A stretch of 36,691 bases of DNA from Halocafeteria seosinensis (taxonomy: Eukaryota): NCBI GenBank assembly GCA_001687465.1, contig LVLI01001229.1, forward strand, positions 62,001-98,691, in the 5' to 3' direction. The notes beneath the pieces were generated by a model, which searched no databases, was not told the origin of the DNA, and was given only the letters and a program-made list of their open reading frames with translations. The position numbers and the translations under genes were made by a program. Positions 1-10,300 of the stretch are shown piece after piece. Position 1 is the first letter of the stretch. Every line of letters starts with the position of its first letter.

Positions 1-1359
1 TTTGCCGTTAATGATAAAACGACTGTTAGCGATTTTATAGGAGCCTTGACGCCTATTGCGGAGTCCAGTGCACTTACTGCTGCTGTCGGGGAGCGGGTAT
101 TAAATTTGCTTAATCGGGTTCTCAAGTCCAATTTTGATCCAAGTACGGATCAATTTCGGTACGGTAATAGCCTCAGCGACGAGGCTGTTACAATAATATC
201 GCTTGTCCTCTCCAGTCATATTGAGAAGGAGGCATCTCACTTTGCTTCGGCTGAGTCGGCTCTGCAACAGGTTGCGCGATCTCAATTGGTAGATCGTGTT
301 GCTGGGTCGAGGCCGCAGACTGCACATACTTTGTTTCAGGACCTTCCAACGTTTTGCAATCAGACCTGGTTTGCTAGTGTCTTCAGTCGACGGATCAGTA
401 GCTCTGCTGGTGCATTCACGGTAGAGCCTGCTGGGTTGGAACACGGAGTGGGACTTAGCAACATGGAATTCGACCACTGTTGTCAAGAGCCACAGGACAC
501 TACAAACCTGGATCGGTCTAAACCGTCACTTTCATGGGAGAGTTTGGGAGGTTCACTGTTCAACGAAGAGTCTGAGGTTGACGTAGTAGCTGAGGAATTT
601 GTGTATCCGCCGTTCGTTGAGCCTCAAGGACGTCATGTCGAAACTGCCGCCCGAAATTCAGATATAGTAAAGCACCTATTATCCTCGTTTGATCAGTATA
701 TCCGCTCGCTCTTACCCAATGGGGACATTTTAACTAGTACCAACAGTAGCTTTCAGCTCGTTGCGGGGGCAGGGCGAAGAAGTTTGACCAACAGTAGTAA
801 GGAGACTGCGACTGAATTTGTCAGTTCTCTCAAAGATCACATACTACAACGACAGATTGCCTCAAAGAGTTTGCGCGTTTCAGCCTTTTCTCTTGCTGGG
901 TTAGAGCTGAAACTCCAAAACAGAACAGGCGTCAATGTGACACTGGTAGTCTACCCTGAGGAGCAATCGGTTTCGTTAGAACAGGGCACTGACGTAACTC
1001 GGCTAGTATCAGGCGAAATGGAGCTTGCGTCACGAACGGCAACTTGCAAAAAGAGTCAAAGTGGAAGCTCATCAATGTTCACCGTAAATTGCACGGATCC
1101 ACTGCTGGGTAGCACTAGTACTTTGACTGTTGATTGTGGTACTAACGAAGGAACTACTGTGCGAGTCTTTTGCCCACAGTCCGTCATCGTTCCTGCAATG
1201 CTTCGTTCAGGCGGCCAGTCTTCGCACTGGAGCGACGCCAGTATCAATGACGGCAGCGTTCGATTCGATGGACGTACTGTTACAGCCGCAACGTCGAGAC
1301 TAGGACTCTTTTTATCAAGTTTACTTACGGTGGAAACTGCCCCGGTAGCGAAGATCATC
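1..1359 (+). repeat. Gene A module A1 (5'-truncated GAIN/GPS-like repeat)
   Basis: Shares LLNxVLxSNFD, RSQLVDRxAG, FCNQTxFAxVF, EExVYPP, IASKxLR, DVTRLxSGEM and WSD...FxGRTxT...GLF...VETxPVA with A2 and A3. Confidence 0.85.
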
Positions 1360-4300
1360 CCACGGCCAAGTCCCACTGCGGCACCTACAACCAGCACTAC
1401 GCCATCAGTAACTCCTACAACCAGTGCTACGTCGTCACTAACCCCTACAGCAAGTGCCACGCTGACAGCAACCCCTACGCCCTCGTCCAGAATTCCACAG
1501 CGGAAGCTAGACCTGCGCTCATCGATTATAGCGGGAGACGAAAGCTGTTTCCAATATCTCCAAGGTCAAAGGCTGTTTAAGTTAACATGCAGCATTTCGT
1601 GGACATCCGTGGGATATACAAACAATAACTATATTTCACTCAAGGTAAACGAGACATTTGTTGGAGAAAACGACGCCGTTATTTACTTGGCAGGTGTCCA
1701 AGGTTTCCATGGCTTGTTCGTTATAGACGATGGAGCTAACGGGAGCGTGACAGCTTTTGAAGATGCACCATTGATTAAAGATGTACGCATTGTAAACGGG
1801 ACAACTTCATTTTCCGGTGGGTTCATTGTGCAACCGTGGCAAAAGTTCTTCGTTGTAGATTCTTGCAGCTCCTCCGGCAACGTTCGACAGCATGGCGGAG
1901 GGATATGCGGTAGTGGATGTGCCGGAGGGCGTGGTCAGATAAAGATATTCAATTCTTACACAACTGGGGAAGTAAGCGATCTCTTCGCTGGCGGTATAGC
2001 TGGCAGTAAGTTAGCGCAGCAAAGTGGAAAGGCAAGTGTTACCAACTGCCATTCGACGGGCAACATCCATGGTGAATATTCGGGTGGAATTGCTGGCAGC
2101 GAAACCGGTCTCATGAAGGGATTTGTACATGTATCACTTTCTCACTCTAAAGGATGCATAGGATGTCCTCACAATACAGTTGAGGGCAATGGAGGTATTC
2201 TCGGGGCCGGTGCGGGTTCTAGTGATGGAATCGTCTATGTGGAAAAGAGCTACAGTATAGGCGAAATCTCTGGAAAGGGCGCAGGGGGAATTACTGGAGC
2301 GGCTACAGGTTATAGCGATGGCAGTGTTCATCTAAGTGAATGCTACACTACCGGATCAGTGTCAGGAACTACTGCGGGAGCAATTACTGGGGAAAGCCAA
2401 GGAACCGTCCATATCAGCAACTGCTACTCTACGGGGAAGATTTCTGGAAACTATTCAGGAGGAATTTCTGGTAATCCGTCAGCTGGACAGGTGGTTATAG
2501 AGGACACATATGCGGCAGGAGAGAGAACTGCGGCAACAGCAGGAGGCGTCATCGGTAAGGCAAGCGGTACGATAGCATTGAAGTACTCCGTTTACAACGG
2601 GCAACCACCAGTAGGGCTAAACAAGGGCGCAAACATTACCAGTGTTGGTAATTCTGATGACCTAACAGTCATACAAGGTGAACTCTATGGCTTTAATGAG
2701 AGCCATCTGTGGTCGCGAGAAAAATGGGTTATTCCAGCGAACGACGAGCTACCCATTCTGAGCTTCCAGGTTTCCCCTACTCCAACGGTAACGCCAACAA
2801 CAAGTCCTACGCCTTCTGTAACACCAACGTGGACTCCTACGGGGACTCCCACGCCTACCCCTTCAGCTATCAAAAATTTGCGATTTTCGATCATGGAAGG
2901 TAGCGAGGCTTGCTTCCAATACGTTGAAGAACTGAAGCTATTTGAATTGACATGCGACGTTCTTCACTGGAACGCTACGGGGTATTTGAGGGACATGTAT
3001 ATCCTTCTTCGGGCGAATGAAACTTTGGACGGCGGAGAACACAATATCATCGACCTGACTGGCATCGTGGGGTTCGAAGGACTCGTCAGGGTTGATGACA
3101 ACTTAAACGGTAGTGTTAAATCGTTCGCCGACGCCCCATTGATACGTAATGTTCACATGCGAAACGGCATGACTGCATTCGATGGCGGCTTTATCCTTCA
3201 AGAGCAACAAAAATTTGCCATAGTGGAGTGGTGTAGTTCCTCAGGAGTCGTGGGGGAATGGAGTGGAGGAATATGCGGTCGGCAGTGTGGACTGAAGGGG
3301 CAACTACAAGTATCAACTTCATATTCTACGGGGCTCATACAAGAGGACAGTGGAGGAATAGTGGGTCCTGAGGTAGGTCACGACGGTGGTACTGCAAATA
3401 TTACAAACTGCTATAGTACCGGTCGCATCGAAGAAGACGGTGCTGGTGGTATATGTGGAATTGGAAGCGGGTCAGGTAGAGGATCGGTCACAATCATGCA
3501 CTCTTACGGAAAGGGGGCAATTGTCGGACAAGAGAGTGGAGGAATAACTGGAAGCTACGCTGCAGTCTGGGATGGACACGTCTACGTTCTGGAATGTTAC
3601 AGCTCTGGTGATGTCGCAGGAGATGAGAGTGGAGGCATAAGCGGGGCCTTCACCGCAGCACTCGGTGGAGCTGTGTTGATTCGTGACTGTTACTCAACGG
3701 GAAATATCATTGGTAGTACAGCAGGTGGCATATGTAGCGGAGGATTTGAGTTAAATGACTTACAAAGCTTGATCATCAAGAATACATATGCATCGGGAGA
3801 TATTGTAGGTGAGAGCGCAGGCGGAGTAATAGGGGCTATGGAAACTACGGATGGTGTTGTCCAAGTTAACTACTCTGTGTATAATGGAGACTCTGCCGAA
3901 TCTGTACCATTAGTAGGAGTACATCTTGCGGGAAACGTTGAGAGCGAAGGCAACTCAGATACGCTGGACTCTATTAGAGGACAATTATATCAGTATAAGG
4001 GCGTCACAAGATGGTCGGGCGACATTTGGGCTTTAAATGGAACTTCGTCGTTACCCATCCTGCGATTCCAGTTGCCTGAGAACGTAACTCGCACAGCTAA
4101 CGCAACTCAAGTGCTTGTTGATACACTCAAAGAGCTAGAAAGTAGCTATGATTTTGCAGTTAACGATAGAACTACAGTGAGTGACTTTATTGAAGCATTG
4201 CTGCCAATAGCCGAGTCCCCGGCTCTCACCCCATCCACAGCAGAGTGGGTGTTGGATTTACTGAATCGTGTACTCCTGTCAAACTTTGACGAAGCGCCGA

Positions 4301-7300
4301 ATCAATTTCGATATCCTGGGTCGCTGGCGGATGAAGCGGTGACTGTGGTTTCGCTCGTGCTCGCAAGCGAAACTGAAAAGTCTAAAGCAATCTACGATGA
4401 TGCTGAGTTAGCATTCCAATATACTTCTCGCTCTCAACTCGTAGATCGTGTGGCTGGATCACGGACTCAGAGTGCACACATCAGATTCCAGGATTTGCAA
4501 GCCTTTTGCAATCAGACATTCTTCGCGACAGTATTCAGCAGACGGGTGGATAGTTCGAATGATTTCCTCGTTGAACCATTAGAGTTGGAACACGGCATCG
4601 GACTCAGTGACGAAGAATTCAAAAGATGCAACCGGGAGCCAGTCAGTACATCAGAATTGAAAAGAGAGAAACCCGCTGTGGGGAGGAATATGGGGGGAAC
4701 TGAGTCACTATTCGATGAAAAAGATGTAGCTGATGTCGTCGCCGAAGAGTACGTTTATCCTCCGTCAGTTGAGCACAAGGGCTCGGAGATCCAAGACGCT
4801 GCCGAAAATTCACGTACAGCTAAATACTTGCGCGCTTCACTTGATGAGTATATCAGCTCTCTTCTGCCACGCGGTAATATTTTTGATATACCAAGCAGCG
4901 GTATTCGATTGCTAGAGCGTCGTCGGGGATTACGTAGCAGCAGAGAACTCTCGTCGGACAGCAGTGTGCTTGGTAGTTTGGCAAATGGTATGTTCCAGCG
5001 ACAAATCGCATCAAAGACTTTGAGAGTTACGGCATTCGCAGCAGATCCTCATCGGCATGAACTCGCTCTACGAAACGGGAAGTCGATCAATGTTACGCTC
5101 GTGGTCTATCCTGAAGAGCCACCCGTTTCTTTGGCAAACGCGCCTGATGTCACTCGTCTGCTTTCGGGCGAAATGGAACTTGCTTCCCGTACTGGAGTAT
5201 GTCCCAAGGCTTACAATGGGAGCTCGTCAACGTTCACCGTGGACTGTGTCGATCCTCTCTTTGGAAGTTCCCGATACGTTTGGATCGAATGTGATTCCCA
5301 ACAAGTGGGCGCTACAGTCAACGTCTTCTGTTCACAGTCCGTCGTTGTGCCTATTTTGCTACGCTCTGATGGAGGGTCCTTTGGCTGGAGTGACGTCAAC
5401 ATCGCCAACGATAGCATTCGTTTCGACGGACGAACAATTACAGCGGAAACATCAGCATTGGGCCTGTTCAGTGCAAGTTTACTTGCTGTAGAGACGTCTC
5501 CCGTGGCAACGGTTCTCTCAGGTCCCTCTTCCAGCCCCACCGTCACACCTACCGCCTCATCGAGCAGTTCTGCTTCGTCGACCCCAACCTCAAGCCCAAG
5601 CGCAAGCCCAAGCCCAAGTCCAAGTATCAATGTCACACAGGACATTATTAATTCACTGGACGCTTTGGAGAGGGGATATAACTTCAGCGTTAACAGCGAA
5701 GCTATGACACGCGATCTGATCCACGGCCTAACCCCTATTGCAAGGTCACCAGCCCTCCTCCCAATGATAGGACAACGGATCTTGAGCTTACTTAACCACG
5801 TACTTAAGTCTAATTTTGACTCTAACACAAATCAGTTTCGATACTCCCAAAAACTTGCAAATGAAACTGTTACAATCACATCACTCGTGCTGGCCGCTGA
5901 TGTTGAAAAAGATCAGGCAATGTTTGCTTCAGCGGAAGCAGCATTGCAACGTGTGTCTCGTTCTCAGTTGGTGGACCGTGCTGCCGGGGCGGAAACACAG
6001 ACTGCGCATACTTCATATCAGGAGCTTCCGACGTTCTGCAACCAAACGTTCTTTGCGAGTGTGTTTGGCCGACGTCTCAAAATTAGTTCCGCATTCCAGA
6101 TGGAACCGCCTGGTCTACATCACGGGATCGGGCTAAGTGAAATTGAATTCAAACATTGTGACCGAAATGCTACGTTGACAAACAATCTCAAAAGGTCTAA
6201 ACCTTCGGTATCAAGAGACAAAAATAAACCCGCGCTTTTTAGTGACGCCACGGAAGCAGATTTGATAGCTGAGGAACATGTGTATCCTCCTTTAGCGGGT
6301 TCCCAGGGAAAACAGATGAGAAGAGCTGCTAAGCAGTCTGAGGTTGCAAACTATTTAGTTTCTTCGCTTGACGATTATATTAATGGACGTTTGCCAGAGG
6401 GAGATATATTCAGAAACGAAAATAAGAGTGTCTACCTGGCAGCAAGCGCCAACTTCAGAGAACTTTTCAACGATAAGGTCGATCCTCTAGAAAGTAGTAA
6501 ACTCGGGCGCAACATTGCTTCCAAGAGTCTCCGCATTTCGGCATTTTCTACAGGTGAGACAAATGAGCAAGAACTGAGGCTACAAGAGAACGCAGCTTTA
6601 AATGTTACATTGGCGATGTACCCGGAGCAGCCGGGCATTGCTTTGGCAAGTGCTCCGGATGTCACGCGGCTTTTGTCCGGAGAGATGGGACTTGTATCCC
6701 GTAAAGGGTTGTGCCCAAATAATCAGAATGGGAGCATATCAGAATTTAGCGTACAGTGCATGGATCGGCTTTTAGATAGCAGTGAGACCCTAACAGTAAA
6801 ATGCGGCCCTCCTCAACAGGGTGCATGGATCGAAGTCTTTTGTCCTCAGAGTGTTATAGTCCCTGTATTACTACGATATGATGAAAATAACTTGGAATGG
6901 AGTGACAGTACAATCGCCAATGACAGTATTCAGTTCAATGGAAGGACGATTACTGGAGAAACAAACGAATTCGGGCTCTTTTCCTCCAGTTTGTCCACTG
7001 TAGAGACATCACCTGTTGCTAAGATTGCTGTGGCACCCAGTCCCAGCCCAACTCCAAGTGTAACGCCGACCGTAACACCTACGTGGACCCCCACAACGAC
7101 ACCGACTTCTACAGGGACGCCTACGGTGACCCCCACAGTGACACCAACAAATGTCTTCAGAAACTTAACAGAGAATGTCAACGTTAGGTCGGCATGCGGA
7201 GCAAAGAATCCGTTTAATTGCGTTACAATGATTTATGAGGAGAGCCGCGCCGCTTCGTTTCAACCATCTTCTACAAATTCGACTTTCATCGGCGAAGGCC

Positions 7301-10300
7301 CAGGACTAACTGTCCAAAGTGTAAACGGCAGAGAACCTGAGACGTCAATTACATGCAGCAGCAGCATGTCTTCTGACGAGCTGAGTGAAGTTGTCTATTC
7401 TAGTTGCCAGAAGCAATTTAAGGGCACAGACCTGGACATACCACTACCAGTTGTAGGCGTGCCAAGAATATCATCAAATGGCAGCTGCAGAGGCCATCAG
7501 GCTCGACAGTCGGGATCATGTCGCGAGCTAAACTATATTCTTGACCTACATTTTCGGAGTGACGCGTCTACTTTAATGAGGCAACAAGTTGCTCTGCTCA
7601 AGAAGCAAACCGTCAATCGAATGAGGCGCCTAGACGATGAGGCACCGCTCCTGCTCCCGCTGGAGTTTGGAATTGTGGTGGACGGAGAAACGATCGTTTC
7701 GGCCAGTCAAGCTGCGTCAATGGAAGTCTCGAGCGTGATTCGAAACGTAGGTCTGAATGCAGATGTCCAACCCCGGAATATCTCAATAGTCCAAGGCAGG
7801 AACGCGTCTAAAGCAAACGCTTCAAATGTCGTAGAGAGTTCCGTACTCCTGTCGCTAGGGGAAAACCAGCGATATGTATGGAGTAAAGCTGATGAGCTGG
7901 AGGACATTGCTATCCTCCCAGAACCAGGAACCTCTAGAAACGGATCGGTTTCGTTTGAAATCTTCTTAGGTTTTGACATTGAGCAGGCTCCATATGGCCT
8001 CCTGCAGTCCACCGTTTCAGTTACTGTGTCCAATATTGGACTAGATGTATCCACAGTCATACCAGTGAACGTTTCCATTAGTATACTTGAAGGGAAAACA
8101 GAGATGCTTCAAGATAGAATCCATGCGCAAATGAGTTTTGCTGATGCTCCTCAATCGCGTAGAATATTAATGTCTAATGCTGGAGAGTACTTTGTGCAAT
8201 GGGTGCCACGATTGTATACGGACGATGGAAGCGAATTATCCAATAGTAATCGCTCGTCGTTCTGGGTAAGGCCCACTACCTCGTCGTTTTCGTCTTCGGG
8301 TATAACAGCTTCCGGTATTGAGCAGGACGCGCTCACAACAGTGGAAATGGTGCCGGATAATGTAAACAGTTCAGGTCTATTTACGGCTTGGCTACTGCTG
8401 GAAACTGATTCTCGGAGAGGTGTCCCCCAAAACTTCCCTGAGGAAGACCCTCCATCTGTGGAATCCACTCGGTTTTTAGGTCAGCAGCATTGGGTACGCT
8501 TGAGTCTCTTGGTAACATCCGTGTTTGTGTGCCCTGAACGCCCCTTAGAGACTACGCTTAAACCGTTCGGTGAGGTGGAACTGCAGTGGGATGTACTCAA
8601 TGTAGCAGACCAACCCGTGCTTTTGAAGCCATTGGATTTCAACCTTGAATTGCAAGCCACTGATCCTGAAGGCGGGCTTACAGGAAACAGTACTCAAACC
8701 CATATTTCCTCCCTAGTAGAAGACAATGTAAGATTATTTGGTAACTGGCTTCAATTTTCCCCTGCCTCAGCAATGATCAGTCCAGACAACAGGCGTACGT
8801 TTCGGGCAAGCATTCGATATCCACAAGAAAAACTCACGTTTAACAATAGCGACGAAGCTTTCAGTGCGTTCAGGAACAGACCAGTATTCCGGTACTCGCT
8901 GAATATTTTAACTCTGCAACAGTTTCAAGTGAATCCGTCATTCGAGAGGTCGCGAGACACACGAGGTTTGTCTGTCGAGACGTCTTTTCTGCCTGGTGTT
9001 GCTGATCCACAGAATTCGGGCATTAGCATTGATTCACGCACCGCATTTGCGAATCAGCCAATCTGGGTCAACATTGTACTCGCAGACATCTTTGGTAATT
9101 CGCCGGCCAGGGCAATCTTTTCGAAAGAGACACTCAAGATTGCTTCCAAAGGGCTACCGTATGTTTCTGTTTCAATTCGACCTAAAGGCGAGGATATATC
9201 TGATTCGGCCATCAATAGGAACTATCCAACAGGCATTGCAGAAGGTGACGAAATTGGCAGTTTCCGTTTCTCTGTCACTTTCACGGCTCAAGGAAAAGCG
9301 AGTCTTGACGTGAAACTGAACAACGCATCAATTGAGAGCTCTGCAATAACATTACAAACGAGGACAGTCGAATGCCCCAAGAATGAAGTACCAAATAGAC
9401 TGGGATCGAGGTGTTTATGCAAGGCGGGTTATGCCCGCTTGGGAGTTGTGCGTTCAAACGCGGATTCTCCTCCGTGTGTACCATGCCCTCCTGGTCGTTT
9501 CACTGCGAAGCCATCGAACCAGGAGGAATGCGACTCATGTCCGTCTGAGCACTTTTCACTTGAAGGGAGTAGTGCGTGCATTCCTTGCCCATCAACGGGT
9601 TTTGAGTGCTTTAGAGGCCAGCTGCTGCTGCAAGATGGATTCTGGTGCGAGGTTTGTGCATTTGACAGTCCTCGGCCACCGAAGAATCAGACAGTCCAGA
9701 ACTTCATTGTGGACCGGCTAAAAAGGGATGAAGAGGTTCGGATACATGAATGCGAGCCTGAATCTGCATGCATTGTTAACAGCACACATTTTATCACAAA
9801 ATGCTCTGAAGGTCGGCGAGGTCCTCTTTGCGATGACTGTGAAAGCGGGTATGTCAAGACGGAAGGGGCATGCTTGGAATGTGAAAATCGCCAGCGTAAT
9901 CAAGGGACTGTAGTTGTATGGGTCATTGTTGCTACTTCTGTACTAGCAGGTTTGAACCTTCGCGAGTTCAAGAGAGCTGCAGCCGAAGAAGATCCTAGCA
10001 CAGAGGAAACGGACGAAGAACGAAGTTCAATTTCTCAAGGGTCGGATTGGCAAATCCACTTTGATCGTGTTCCTGAAGAGTCAATTAAAACAGAGGGAGA
10101 AATGGATCCAATGTCGTACTTGCAGCTACTGCTGTTATTTGGTATGGACTATCTGCAAATGAGTTCCGTCATTGGTGAATTAAAGTATTCGCCCTTCGTG
10201 GGAGACGCTAAATGGTATAGTGAGTTCTCTAGTCTCTTCCTAATGGACCCAACCCGACCGGACGCTTTCCGGTGCGTCTCACAGTTCGACTTCTTCAGTA

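Noticed and set aside
1510..4074. Bacterial autotransporter or filamentous haemagglutinin gene
   Set aside because: Although the Gly-rich repeats resemble these, the C-terminus is an alpha-helical multi-pass domain preceded by eukaryote-type Cys-rich repeats, not a beta-barrel.
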